Shown here in pieces: positions 19,632 to 31,099 of a stretch of DNA of 32,000 nt (the stretch's first letter is position 1; every line of letters starts with the position of its first letter). The translations under genes were made by a program, and so were the position numbers. The stretch is from Mycobacterium leprae TN. Lineage in GTDB: Bacteria; Actinomycetota; Actinomycetes; Mycobacteriales; Mycobacteriaceae. Below the pieces are notes generated by a model, which was not told the origin of the DNA, searched no databases, and saw only the letters and a list, made by a program, of their open reading frames with translations. The stretch spans positions 630,001-662,000 of the forward strand of contig NC_002677.1 of NCBI RefSeq assembly GCF_000195855.1. The letters are read 5' to 3'.

Positions 19632-22600
19632 GTGCCGCGGCGGACTGATCTCAACCATGTACTGGTGATCGGCTCGGGGCCGATTGTCATCGGGCAGGCC
19701 TGCGAGTTCGACTATGCTGGCACCCAGGCATGTCGAGTGCTGCGGGCCGAGGGCTTGCAAGTGAGTCTGGTCAACTCTAACCCGGCCACCATCATGACCG
19801 ATCCGGAGTTCGCCGACCACACCTATGTCGAGCCGATTACGCCGGCCTTCGTGGAGCGGGTGATTGTTCAGCAGGCCGAGCGTGGCAACAGGATTGACGC
19901 TTTGCTAGCCACCTTAGGTGGGCAGACCGCGCTCAACACAGCGGTAGCGCTGTACGAAAACGGAGTGTTGGAGCGCTATGGCGTCGAGCTCATCGGTGCT
20001 GATTTCGAGGCTATCCAGCGTGGTGAGGACCGGCAGCGATTCAAAGATCTCGTCGCTAAGGTTGGTGGTGAATCCGCTCGCAGTAAAGTGTGTTTCACCA
20101 TGGATGAGGTGCGTGAAACAGTCGAGGATCTTGGCCTTCCGGTGGTGGTGCGGCCAAGTTTCACGATGGGCGGATTGGGTTCGGGCATGGCTCACTCCGA
20201 CGAGGAGGTTGGCCGGATGGCCGGCGCCGGGCTGGTAGCTTCACCTAGTGCCAACGTGCTGATCGAGGAATCGGTCTATGGTTGGAAGGAATTCGAACTC
20301 GAGCTAATGCGCGATGGACACGACAGCGTCGTGGTGGTGTGCTCGATCGAGAACGTTGACCCGATGGGTGTGCACACTGGTGATTCGGTCACCGTAGCAC
20401 CCGCCATGACTCTGACCGACTGGGAATATCAACGTATGCGGGATCTGGGCATCGCGATCCTGCGCGAGGTCGGCGTGGACACCGGTGGCTGCAACATCCA
20501 ATTTGCGATCAACCCCCATGACGGCCGGCTTATCGTCATCGAGATGAACCCACGGGTATCTCGGTCCAGTGCGTTGGCGTCCAAGGCCACCGGTTTCCCG
20601 ATCGCCAAGATCGCAGTCAAGCTGGCTGTCGGCTACACGCTAGACGAGATCCTCAACGACATCACTAAAGAAACGCCGGCTTGCTTTGAGCCGGCATTGG
20701 ATTACGTCGTGGTTAAGGCGCCGCGGTTCGCGTTCGAGAAATTCCCCGGCGCTGATCCCACACTAACTACTACGATGAAATCCGTCGGAGAAGCAATGTC
20801 GTTGGGCCGCAACTTTGTTGAGGCACTCGGTAAGGTGATGCGATCGTTAGAAACCGGCCGCTTCGGTTTCTGGACGGCACCCGACCCGCAGGGTGACGTC
20901 GACCAGGTGCTTCTCCGGCTGAAGACCCCGACCGAAGGCCGACTCTATGACGTCGAACTGGCGTTGCGGCTGGGTGCTTCGACTGAAAAGGTGGCACAGG
21001 TTTCCGGCATCGATCCCTGGTTCGTAGCGCAGATCGGTGAGCTGGTGAAGCTACGCGACGAGCTGGTCGCTGCCCCGGTCCTTGACGCCGAGTTGCTGCG
21101 GCGCGCTAAGCACAACGGGCTATCGGATCGACAGATTACTGCGTTACGCCCAGAATTACTGGGGGAAGACGGAGTTCGGTCGCTGCGTAAACGGCTGGGC
21201 ATTCATCCGGTGTATAAGACGGTCGACACATGCGCTGCGGAGTTCGAGGCCAAAACTCCTTACCACTACAGCAGCTACGAACTAGATCCTGCCGCTGAAA
21301 CGGAGGTGGTCCCGCAAACAGAGAAACCCAAGGTGCTGATCCTAGGGTCCGGCCCCAACCGCATTGGCCAGGGAATCGAATTCGACTACAGTTGTGTTCA
21401 TGCAGCAATTACGTTATCGCATAATGGTTTTGAGACAGTTATGGTTAATTGCAACCCGGAGACGGTGTCCACCGACTACGACACTGCCGACCGGTTATAC
21501 TTCGAGCCGCTGACGTTCGAAGATGTCCTTGAGGTGTTCTATGCCGAAGAGCAGTCTGCGGCGGGCGGTGCCGGGGTAGCCGGCGTCATTGTGCAACTCG
21601 GCGGCCAGACCCCGCTCGGGCTTGCACAACGGCTCGCCGATGCCGGGGTTCCTATCGTGGGCACTTCGCCGGAGGCCATTGATCTTGCCGAAGATCGCGG
21701 AGCGTTCGGAGACGTGCTGACAGCCGCCGGGCTGCCGGCGCCAAAATATGGAACTGCAACAACTTTCGCTCAAGCACGCCGTATCGCTGCTGAGATTGGC
21801 TATCCGGTTTTAGTGAGGCCCTCGTATGTGCTGGGCGGTCGCGGTATGGAGATCGTCTACGACGAGGAGACACTGAAGGATTACATCACGCGTGCTACCG
21901 CGCTGTCACACGAGCATCCGGTGCTGGTGGACCGCTTTCTCGAGGATGCGGTTGAGATCGACGTCGACGCACTGTGCGACGGCACCGAGGTGTACATCGG
22001 CGGAGTCATGGAGCACATAGAGGAAGCCGGTATCCACTCCGGTGATTCGGCTTGCGCGCTTCCCCCAGTAACATTGGGTCGCAGTGACCTAGAGAAGGTG
22101 CGTCAGGCGACCGAAGCCATCGCACGCGGGATTGGCGTGGTGGGACTACTCAATGTACAATATGCTCTCAAAGAAGACGTGCTCTACGTACTGGAAGCCA
22201 ACCCGCGCGCGAGCCGAACGGTGCCGTTCGTTTCCAAGGCTACTGCAATCCCGCTTGCCAAGGCTTGTGCCCGGATCATGTTGGGTTCCAGTATTTCCCA
22301 GCTTCGTTTCGAAGGGATGCTGGCGGCTTCTGGTGACGGCGGCAACGTGGCGTCGCACGCCCCGATCGCGGTCAAAGAAGCTGTGTTGCCGTTTAACCGG
22401 CTCCGGCGGGCCGACGGAGCCGCTATCGATTCCTTGCTCGGTCCGGAGATGAAATCGACCGGTGAGGTCATGGGGATCGACCACGATTTTGGCAGAGCAT
22501 TCGCCAAGAGCCAGACCGCTGCGTATGGCTCGTTGCCGACTCAAGGTACGGTGTTCGTGTCGGTGGCTAACCGGGATAAGCGGTTACTGGTGTTCCCCGT

Positions 22601-22997
22601 CAAGCGGCTGGCTGATCTTGGATTTCATGTTATAGCCACCGAGGGAACTGCGGAGATGTTGCGTCGCAAAGGAATTCCTTGCGATGAGGTGCGCAAGCAT
22701 TTCGAGCCGCCGAAAGCGGGCCGCCCCGCGTTGTCCGCGGTCGATGCGATTCGGGCCGGTGACGTGGATATGGTGATCAACACGCCCTACGGCAACTCCG
22801 GCCCGCGTATCGACGGTTATGAGATCCGCTCGGCCGCAGTCTCGGTCAATATTCCTTGCGTCACGACGGTGCAGGGTGCTTCCGCCGCGGTGCAGGGCAT
22901 CGAAGCGGGGATCCGAGGTGACATCGGCGTACGGTCGCTGCAAGAACTGCACAGTGCCATTGGTGCGGGGATCGCGGCTGATAATGAGGTCCAATGA
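19632..22997 (+). CDS. carB: carbamoyl-phosphate synthase large subunit
   Basis: The ORF is open from 19608. GTG 19632 ([33 protein letters not shown]) is preferred because AAAGGGGGA lies just upstream. There is a duplicated ATP-grasp architecture, with the second half beginning [24 protein letters not shown], and a C-terminal MGS-like domain. Confidence 0.95.
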
Positions 22998-23842
22998 CCG
23001 GTTTTGGCGCTCGGCTGGTCGAGGCGACGTCACGCCGCGGGCAGCTGTGTTTGGGTATAGACCCGCATCCTGAGTTGCTGCGCGCATGGGACTTGCCGAC
23101 TACCGCGGACGGGCTGGCTGCGTTCTGCGACATCTGTGTGGAGGCGTTTTCCGGTTTCGCCATAGTCAAACCACAGGTGGCGTTTTTTGAAGCCTACGGC
23201 GCTGCCGGCTTCGCGGTGCTGGAGTATACCATCGCCGCGTTGCGGTCTGTCGGCGTACTGGTGTTGGCTGACGCCAAACGAGGGGATATCGGGTCGACGA
23301 TGGCGGCCTACGCTGCTGCTTGGGCAGGCAATTCGCCGTTGGCCGCCGACGCGGTGACGGCCTCGCCGTATCTTGGGTTCGGCTCGTTGCGGCCGCTACT
23401 AGAAGTAGCCGCGGCACACGACCGGGGCGTGTTCGTGCTAGCATCAACGTCCAACCTTGAGGGTGCCACCGTCCAGCGCGCCACGTTTGACGGTCGCATA
23501 GTAGCTCAACTGATTGTTGACCAGGCGGCTTTCGTCAACAGAGAAATGAACCGGTCCTTCCATCGGTCTGAGCCGGGGTGCTTGGGATATGTTGGAGTAG
23601 TCGTAGGCGCAACGGTTTTCGGGGCGCCGGATGTCAGCGCGCTGGGTGGACCGGTGTTGGTGCCCGGAGTGGGGGCGCAGGGTGGACACCCCGAGGCGCT
23701 CGGCGGCCTGGGTGGGGCGGCGCCAGGTCAGCTGTTGCCTGCGGTGTCACGTGCAGTGTTGCGCGCCGGCCCCGGTGTTTCAGAGCTGCGAGCAGCTGGC
23801 GAACAGATGCGTGATGCAGTCGCCTATCTCGCTGCTGTTTAG
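22994..23842 (+). CDS. pyrF: orotidine 5'-phosphate decarboxylase (type 2)
   Basis: 282-aa ORF with an ATGA overlap on the carB stop. It contains [21 protein letters not shown] and [13 protein letters not shown]. Confidence 0.9.
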
Positions 23843-24036
23843 TGTTGAGTGCCGCAGCCTGTCATTGCGAGACGATTGCGTCACCGGTAAGGCTGCTCGG
23901 CCAGAATATTGAAATTCATCGGTGGCCTCTATCTGCAGATTTGGCACCGCTAACTCTCCGAGCGGGGTCTCTAAGATTAGCGGTAGTGTGACTACACTCA
24001 CCGTCTTTGGTCCTGCACCACGTTGTGCTTTAACCT

Positions 24037-24048
24037 GTTGTTAACAAC
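24037..24048. promoter_or_regulatory. perfect 12-bp palindrome, a candidate operator upstream of the PE/PPE pair
   Basis: GTTGTTAACAAC equals its own reverse complement. It lies in a locally AT-rich stretch (..TTAACCTGTTGTTAACAACGATATTCATATTCAATTTTTAG..) about 80 bp upstream of the PE start at 24129. Confidence 0.3.
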
Positions 24049-24128
24049 GATATTCATATTCAATTTTTAGTGGCGTGGAATGCCTGTCGAATCCCCCCGT
24101 GCATCTCTAACAGTATGGAGTCTTTGTT

Positions 24129-24437
24129 ATGACGTTGGGAGTCATTCCCGAAGGCCTGGAAGGTGCCAGTGCTGTTATCGAAGCGTTGACCGCCCATCTG
24201 GCTACCGTGCATGCCGAAGCGGCTCCCTTTATCATGGAGGTTATCCCACCTGGGTCTGGCTCGGTGTCGGTGCAGAATCAGGTTGGTTTCAACGTTCACG
24301 GTTGCCAGTATGTGGCGATGACTGCTCACGGGGCGGAGGAGCTTGGCCGCTGGGGCGTCGGAGTGGCCGAATCGGGTGTTAGTTATGCGCTTCGGGATGC
24401 GTTCGCGGTAGCATCGTACCTTGGCGGTGGGCTATGA
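24129..24437 (+). CDS. PE family protein (PE15-like position)
   Basis: 102-aa ORF. The N-terminus [33 protein letters not shown] shows the P-E motif at residues 7-8 and a helical Ala-rich PE domain. The stop overlaps the PPE start (ATGA). Confidence 0.85.
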   Translation: MTLGVIPEGLEGASAVIEALTAHLATVHAEAAPFIMEVIPPGSGSVSVQNQVGFNVHGCQYVAMTAHGAEELGRWGVGVAESGVSYALRDAFAVASYLGGGL

Positions 24438-26050
24438 CGAACCCATGGATGGCTTTCCCCCCCGAGGTACAGTCGGCGATGCTGAACTTCGGTGCAGGGG
24501 TCGGACCCATGTTGAACTCCGCCTCGTACAACTTATGGCTCAGCGCCGAGTACCGCTGGGTTGCATCAGAGGTCGAGGCATTGCTAAGGGAAGTGCGGTC
24601 CGGGGGGTGGCAGGGGCAAGCCGTCGAGATGTTTGTGGGCTCGTGTATGCCATTTCTGGCATGGCTGATGAAAGCCGCCGCCGACTACATGGACGTGGCC
24701 ACTCAACAAGAGGTCGTGGCCGCGGCTTACGCCGCCGCAGTAGAGGCCATGCCGACACAATTCGAGCTGGCCGCCAACCGAGTCGTGCGTGGGGTGTTGA
24801 TGGCGACCAATTTCTTTGGTGTCAACACTATCCCCATTGCGCTCAACGAGGAAGAGTATGTGCAGATGTGGGTTCGGGCCGCCACTACGATGGCGACCTA
24901 TTCGGCAATCTCTCAGTCGGCATTAGCCGCGACGCCGCAGGCCACTCCCCCGCCGCTGATCCTGAAATCCAATGTGCTAGTCGATGACGTTGAGAAGGAC
25001 TCTCGTCATGACGGTCACAGCCATGGCGGTCACGCCAGCGCGATGGATAGGGTGTTTGCAGACATCCTGCGTAACGTCAGCGGAGGCCGCCTAGTTTGGG
25101 ACCCTCTCAATGGCACCTTGAACGGACTGGACTACGACGACTATGTCTACCCGGGTCAGCCGATCTGGTGGCTTGCTCGAGGCCTTGAGTTTTTTCAGGA
25201 TGGTGAACAGTTTTGGGAACTGTTGTTTATCAATCCGACAGCGGCTTTTCAGTTCCTCCTTTACATCGTTGTGTTGGATTTGCCGACGCACATAGTCCAA
25301 CTTGGTACCTGGCTGGCCGAGTATCCGCAGTTGCTGTTGGTTGCTCTCGGTGGTACCATCGCCAACCTGGGAGCGGTAACCGGCTTGGCGGGGCTATCAT
25401 CTGGCCTGAGTGCCGGTCCGTCTGCTGCGATACCCACCGTTGTACCGGAGTCGGCACCCATCGCGACTGTGCCCGCTATGTTGGCGGGTGCCGGGGTGGC
25501 CCCGGCAGTCGTTGCTCCAGGTGCGTCGCCCTCCTCAGCCGCCCCACCAGCGTCGGCGGCCAGCGCCGCCGCGGCCGCCCCGGCGCCGCCGGGTACTGGT
25601 TTCGGGGGTTTTTCTCCTTACCTCGTCGACGGTCGCGGTCCAGGCGTTGGGTTCGGCTCCGGACGACAGTCGGCTTACGCCAACAAGGTCTCGGAGTCGG
25701 TCTCCGATTCCGCTGTGGCTGAGGCGGCTGCCCAGGCCTCGGCGCGTGAGCAGGCGAGGGCTTGGCGGCGGCGCTCGGCGGCGAAAGAACGTGGCTATCG
25801 TGAAGAGGTCATTACGATGAACACGGGTTTCGACGCGGCAATTCCGTCGCCAGTTGACCAGACAGGTTCCCGGGTGTCCGATTGTGGCGCGGGATCCTTC
25901 GGGTTTGCTGGAACGGTAAGCAAGGAGGCCGTTGTCGAAGTGGCCGGGTTGACTACGCTGGCTGGTGATGATTTCGGTGGCGGCCCAACGATGCCGATGG
26001 TACCGGGTACCTGGGCCCCGGCCAGGGAGTCAAGCGACGAGGGACGGTGA
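24434..26050 (+). CDS. PPE family protein (PPE20-like position, PxxPxxW C-terminal type)
   Basis: 538-aa ORF. The N-terminus [13 protein letters not shown] contains the PPE motif. There is a conserved roughly 180-aa PPE domain ([21 protein letters not shown]) and an Ala/Pro-rich linker. The C-terminus reads GFAGT...[24 protein letters not shown]. Confidence 0.9.
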   Translation: MTNPWMAFPPEVQSAMLNFGAGVGPMLNSASYNLWLSAEYRWVASEVEALLREVRSGGWQGQAVEMFVGSCMPFLAWLMKAAADYMDVATQQEVVAAAYAAAVEAMPTQFELAANRVVRGVLMATNFFGVNTIPIALNEEEYVQMWVRAATTMATYSAISQSALAATPQATPPPLILKSNVLVDDVEKDSRHDGHSHGGHASAMDRVFADILRNVSGGRLVWDPLNGTLNGLDYDDYVYPGQPIWWLARGLEFFQDGEQFWELLFINPTAAFQFLLYIVVLDLPTHIVQLGTWLAEYPQLLLVALGGTIANLGAVTGLAGLSSGLSAGPSAAIPTVVPESAPIATVPAMLAGAGVAPAVVAPGASPSSAAPPASAASAAAAAPAPPGTGFGGFSPYLVDGRGPGVGFGSGRQSAYANKVSESVSDSAVAEAAAQASAREQARAWRRRSAAKERGYREEVITMNTGFDAAIPSPVDQTGSRVSDCGAGSFGFAGTVSKEAVVEVAGLTTLAGDDFGGGPTMPMVPGTWAPARESSDEGR

Positions 26051-26894
26051 TACGACGTCAAGGGGACTGCGAAGCGCAGCGAAGCCCTGAAGCTGAGTTC
26101 GCAAGCAAATTTTTTGACGGGTCGCTTGATGCCTATATTGCTTAACCGGTAACTCCGCAGTTGGGTTTGCTGTCAAGGCGGTTCCGACTGGTGGGCGCAG
26201 ACGTTTTGTTGCTAGATGGGCGACAATGTGTCAGGCTGCCAACGTCCAGTGTGTGGCGGTGGTCTCCAAGGTTAACATTTTAAAACTGGATGTCGCAGAG
26301 GTAAATCTGGCAAGTGCCGCGGGTGCAGTTGTAGCCACCGGTAGCGGTCTGGCGCTCCAATTTGGAGCCTCGGTTTACCAAGCCGGTGCCAGGCAGCTGT
26401 GCACGTGCAAACTGCTGCGCAAGGTTGTTTGTTCAGTGCCGTAAATCGTAAATGCCGAAGCGAAGACATCGAATCGAGTGGCCGTTCCGACAAACCAGGC
26501 GACACGCGCGACACGTCACACTAAACTGCGTGATCCGTCGCACGTGGCACATGGCCGACGGCCACCGCCATCCACAGGTAGACACTGTGCCGTCGGGCTT
26601 GGGACTGGCTCACAAGCTAAAATAACTGGTAGAAGGAATGACCGGGGGCAGGGGAGGAACATGTCTGCTCCAACACGCCGACGTATTCGGTTGCTTTCAA
26701 CGATGCTTGGCGGACAGCTAGGCGGTGTCAGGAGAACGAACTGAGCTGGGCTTATGTTGGATAAACGTTAGTGAAAGTAGGGGGTCGGGTTAGATTTCGT
26801 CAGGAGGCGTGGGTACGGTCGTCTCCGCCGGCTGGAGTACCCCCGGCTGAGACAAATAACGATCGATTGCCATGGATTGAGAGACGGAGGAATC

Positions 26895-27212
26895 GTGGCC
26901 CTTCCCCAGTTGACCGACGAGCAGCGCGCGGCCGCGTTGGAGAAGGCTGCTGCCGCACGTCGAGCACGAGCAGAGCTTAAGGATCGGCTCAAGCGCGGCG
27001 GCACCAACCTCACACAGGTGCTAAAGGATGCGGAAAGTGATGAAGTCTTGGGTAAGATGAAGGTGTCTGCGCTACTGGAGGCATTGCCGAAGGTGGGCAA
27101 GGTCAAAGCGCAGGAAATCATGACCGAGCTGGACATCGCACCGACCCGCCGGCTGCGCGGCCTCGGCGAGCGTCAGCGCAAAGCGCTACTGGAAAAGTTC
27201 GGCTCCGCTTAG
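26895..27212 (+). CDS. mihF: mycobacterial integration host factor
   Basis: The ORF is open from 26877. GTG 26895 ([29 protein letters not shown]) is preferred because GGAGG lies 4-5 nt upstream and it gives the 105-aa size of mIHF. The sequence is highly conserved through ...[20 protein letters not shown]. Confidence 0.9.
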   Translation: MALPQLTDEQRAAALEKAAAARRARAELKDRLKRGGTNLTQVLKDAESDEVLGKMKVSALLEALPKVGKVKAQEIMTELDIAPTRRLRGLGERQRKALLEKFGSA

Positions 27213-27238
27213 CTAGCCCAGCCGACGATGCAGGCTGC

Positions 27239-27898
27239 TTGATCTATGGAGGCACCGGCGCAGGAGTGCCAGTGAGCGCGCGCGGGGCACCGGATGCTGA
27301 GCACTGGGCATGGAGTGAGCAAACGGATAAAGGACGTGTGGTTGTGCTGTCCGGTCCCTCGGCGGTCGGCAAGTCAACGGTGGTCAGGTGTCTGCGCGAA
27401 CGGGTGTCGAACCTGCATTTCAGTGTGTCGGCCACGACGCGAGAGCCTAGGCCAGATGAGATGGACGGTGTCGATTATCACTTCGTCAGCCCCGCCCGAT
27501 TCCAACAGCTGATCGACCAGGGTGCATTGCTGGAATGGGCTGAAATCCACGGCGGGATGCACCGTTCGGGCACCCTGGCCGAGCCGGTGCGGGTCGCCGC
27601 TGCGGCCGGTTTTCCGGTGCTTATCGAGGTTGACCTGGCCGGAGCCAGGGCGGTCAAGAAGGCGATGCCTGAGGCCATCGCCGTGTTTTTAGCGCCGCCC
27701 AGCTGGGAGGATTTGGAAGCCAGGCTGGTTGGCCGGGGCACCGAAACACCCGAGGCCATTCGGCGCCGGCTCGAGACCGCGCGCATCGAATTGGCGGCAC
27801 AAGATGACTTCGATGAAGTTGTGGTCAACCGTCGATTGGAGTCTGCGTGTGCCGAATTGGTATCCTTGCTGGTGGGAGCCGTGTCGGGCTCGGCATGA
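27239..27898 (+). CDS. gmk: guanylate kinase (start codon uncertain; GTG 27266 or 27272 are alternatives)
   Basis: It contains the P-loop [12 protein letters not shown], then [21 protein letters not shown] and [14 protein letters not shown]. Confidence 0.9.
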   Translation: MIYGGTGAGVPVSARGAPDAEHWAWSEQTDKGRVVVLSGPSAVGKSTVVRCLRERVSNLHFSVSATTREPRPDEMDGVDYHFVSPARFQQLIDQGALLEWAEIHGGMHRSGTLAEPVRVAAAAGFPVLIEVDLAGARAVKKAMPEAIAVFLAPPSWEDLEARLVGRGTETPEAIRRRLETARIELAAQDDFDEVVVNRRLESACAELVSLLVGAVSGSA

Positions 27899-27937
27899 GC
27901 CATCCAGCCAACCGGACCCGAGCACCGAATTCCTTAA

Positions 27938-28312
<375 letters not shown>

Positions 28313-28329
28313 ACAGGGCAGGGCCGGAG

Positions 28330-29592
28330 GTGATGGACTGCAAGCGGGTCGTTGTCGGCGTCTCCGGGGGTATCGCCGCGTATAAGGCGTGTACCGTGGT
28401 TCGTCAGCTCATTGACGCCGGTCACGAGGTGCGGGTCATCCCAACTGAGTCGGCGTTGCGCTTCGTCGGAACTGCCACCTTCGAGGCACTCTCCGGCCAA
28501 CCGGTGTACACCGACGTGTTCGACGATATTCCGGCAGTGTCGCATGTGTACCTCGGCAAGCAGGCCGACTTGGTGGTAGTGGCGCCGGCCACCGCCGACC
28601 TATTGGCCCGCGCAGTGCACGGCCGAGCCGACGATCTGTTAACCGCGACCCTGCTCACCGCACGGTGTCCGATCATGTTCGCGCCGGCGATGCACACCGA
28701 GATGTGGTTGCATCCGGCTACCGTCGACAACGTGGCCACGTTGCGTCGCCGCGGCGCGATTGTTCTGGAACCCGCGTCCGGGCGCCTCACCGGTACCGAT
28801 AGCGGAGCGGGACGCCTGCCCGAGGCGGAAGAGATCACAACCCTTGCCCAGTTACTGCTGGAGCGGCACGACGCTTTACCCTATGACCTAACGGGCAGAA
28901 AACTTCTGGTGACCTCCGGTGGTACCCGCGAGTCGATCGATCCGGTGCGCTTCATTGGGAACCGCAGCTCCGGTAAGCAGGGCTATGCTGTCGCGCGGGT
29001 CGCTGTTCAGCGCGGCGCCGAAGTCACGTTGATCGCTGGGCACACCGCGGGGCTGACCAACCCTGCTGGGGTCGATGTGGTGCATGTTGGCTCGGCGCAG
29101 CAACTCGGAGACGCCGTTTCCAAGCACGCTCCCGACTTTGACGTGTTGGTGATGGCAGCGGCCGTGGCTGATTTCCGGCCCGCCCAAGTTGCTACCGCCA
29201 AGATCAAAAAAGGCCCCGATGACCAGGACGAGCCGCTGATCGAGTTGGTGTACAACGAAGACGTGTTGGCTGCCGCGGTGCGGGCCCGTACGCATGGGCA
29301 GTTGCCCAACATGCGGGCCATTGTGGGATTCGCCGCAGAAACCGGGGATGCCAGCGGCGATGTGTTGTTTCATGCTCGCGCTAAGCTGCGGCGCAAGGGC
29401 TGTGACCTTTTAGTCGTGAATGCTGTGGGTGACGGCAGGGCCTTTGAGGTGGACAACAACGACGGCTGGCTGCTGGCGTCCGACGGTACCGAGTTGGCGC
29501 TACAGCACGGCTCCAAGATGCTCATGGCCAGTCGTATCGTTGATGGGATTGTCACGTTTCTGCATGGCCTTCCCGATCTGCGAGGCGGGTGA
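28330..29592 (+). CDS. coaBC: bifunctional phosphopantothenoylcysteine decarboxylase / phosphopantothenate-cysteine ligase
   Basis: 420-aa ORF starting at GTG 28330 or ATG 28333, after GGAGG. The N-terminal flavoprotein motif GVSGGIAAYK is present. The CoaB motif is SGGTRESIDPVRFIGNRSSGKQG. Confidence 0.92.
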   Translation: MMDCKRVVVGVSGGIAAYKACTVVRQLIDAGHEVRVIPTESALRFVGTATFEALSGQPVYTDVFDDIPAVSHVYLGKQADLVVVAPATADLLARAVHGRADDLLTATLLTARCPIMFAPAMHTEMWLHPATVDNVATLRRRGAIVLEPASGRLTGTDSGAGRLPEAEEITTLAQLLLERHDALPYDLTGRKLLVTSGGTRESIDPVRFIGNRSSGKQGYAVARVAVQRGAEVTLIAGHTAGLTNPAGVDVVHVGSAQQLGDAVSKHAPDFDVLVMAAAVADFRPAQVATAKIKKGPDDQDEPLIELVYNEDVLAAAVRARTHGQLPNMRAIVGFAAETGDASGDVLFHARAKLRRKGCDLLVVNAVGDGRAFEVDNNDGWLLASDGTELALQHGSKMLMASRIVDGIVTFLHGLPDLRGG

Positions 29593-29720
29593 CTGACTGG
29601 CTCGTGTTCTGTAAGGCTCCTGTGCAAGTGTTGGGTGATCCCTTTTCGAGTGGATGTACTGAGTCTGATGCCAGCGAATATAAATTCGTTTAGCTAATTA
29701 TGGAAAGGAAATAGTCAATA

Positions 29721-30932
29721 GTGAGTGAGAAGGGTCGGCTGTTCACTAGCGAGTCGGTGACTGAGGGACATCCCGACAAGATCTGTGATGCGATCAGCGA
29801 CTCGATCCTTGACGCACTTTTGGCGGAGGATCCTTGCTCACGTGTCGCGGTCGAGACGTTGGTCACCACCGGGCAGGTGCATGTGGTGGGTGAAGTGACG
29901 ACGTTGGCCAAGACGGCGTTCGCTGATATCAGTAATACGGTCCGCGAACGTATTCTCGATATCGGCTACGACTCGTCGGACAAGGGCTTCGATGGGGCGT
30001 CGTGCGGAGTTAACATTGGCATCGGCGCTCAGTCGTCTGACATTGCTCAAGGCGTCAATACCGCCCATGAAGTACGCGTCGAGGGCGCGGCGGATCCGCT
30101 GGACGCCCAGGGTGCTGGTGACCAAGGCCTGATGTTCGGTTACGCGATCAATGACACCCCGGAACTGATGCCGCTACCGATTGCACTGGCCCACCGACTG
30201 GCGCGAAGGCTGACCGAGGTACGCAAGAACGGCGTGCTGCCCTACCTGCGTTCCGACGGCAAGACCCAGGTCACTATCGCCTACGAGGACAATGTCCCAG
30301 TGCGTTTGGACACTGTGGTCATCTCCACTCAGCACGCCGCTGGTGTCGACCTGGATGCCACGCTGGCTCCTGATATCCGGGAGAAGGTGCTCAACACCGT
30401 TATTGACGATCTGTCTCATGACACCTTGGATGTATCGTCGGTGCGGGTGCTGGTAAACCCGACCGGCAAGTTCGTGCTAGGTGGGCCGATGGGCGATGCC
30501 GGGCTCACCGGTCGCAAGATCATCGTCGACACCTACGGTGGCTGGGCGCGTCACGGCGGCGGCGCCTTCTCTGGCAAGGATCCGTCCAAGGTGGACCGGT
30601 CGGCAGCCTACGCGATGCGCTGGGTGGCCAAGAACATCGTCGCTGCCGGGCTGGCGGAGCGAATCGAGGTGCAGGTGGCATACGCCATCGGCAAAGCCGC
30701 CCCGGTCGGTTTGTTCGTCGAGACCTTTGGCACTGAGGCGGTCGATCCGGCCAAAATCGAGAAAGCCATCGGCGAGGTGTTCGATCTGCGTCCCGGCGCG
30801 ATCATCCGCGACCTGCATCTGCTGCGCCCAATTTACGCGCAAACCGCTGCCTATGGGCACTTCGGTCGCACTGACGTCGAACTGCCATGGGAGCAGCTCA
30901 ACAAAGTCGACGATCTCAAGCGCGCCATCTAG
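29721..30932 (+). CDS. metK: S-adenosylmethionine synthetase
   Basis: 403-aa ORF with a GTG start and GGAAAGGAAA about 10 nt upstream. It contains [32 protein letters not shown] and [19 protein letters not shown]. Confidence 0.97.
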   Translation: MSEKGRLFTSESVTEGHPDKICDAISDSILDALLAEDPCSRVAVETLVTTGQVHVVGEVTTLAKTAFADISNTVRERILDIGYDSSDKGFDGASCGVNIGIGAQSSDIAQGVNTAHEVRVEGAADPLDAQGAGDQGLMFGYAINDTPELMPLPIALAHRLARRLTEVRKNGVLPYLRSDGKTQVTIAYEDNVPVRLDTVVISTQHAAGVDLDATLAPDIREKVLNTVIDDLSHDTLDVSSVRVLVNPTGKFVLGGPMGDAGLTGRKIIVDTYGGWARHGGGAFSGKDPSKVDRSAAYAMRWVAKNIVAAGLAERIEVQVAYAIGKAAPVGLFVETFGTEAVDPAKIEKAIGEVFDLRPGAIIRDLHLLRPIYAQTAAYGHFGRTDVELPWEQLNKVDDLKRAI

Positions 30933-31099
30933 GGGCGCCGCATCGTTCACATGGCGGGTGGCATGGGGTGGTCGTGGTCAAGCGCGGGCAGGCCGTCGAT
31001 GCTGAGTCGGTTGACTTCGGCGAGGTGAGCTAACTTCTCATGGGTGGTCTTTGCTGTACGCCGCGACGAGCGTTGGCCGCTCATCGACAGCTCGTATTA

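Noticed and set aside
26226-26444. The + strand 72-aa ORF, whose ...SGLALQFGASVYQAGARQL... faintly recalls the LF..H...YQ..SAQ region of PE proteins. This could be a second PE remnant after the PPE.
   Set aside because: The similarity covers about 15 residues, the PE N-terminal motif is absent, and an overlapping antisense ORF is of similar length.
29593-29720. A possible SAM riboswitch upstream of metK, prompted by AUGCCAGCG at about 29669-29677.
   Set aside because: The 128-bp gap is AT-rich. It lacks the GGCAACC/CCC-GGG pairing elements of SAM-I/SAM-IV and I could draw no convincing multi-stem structure.
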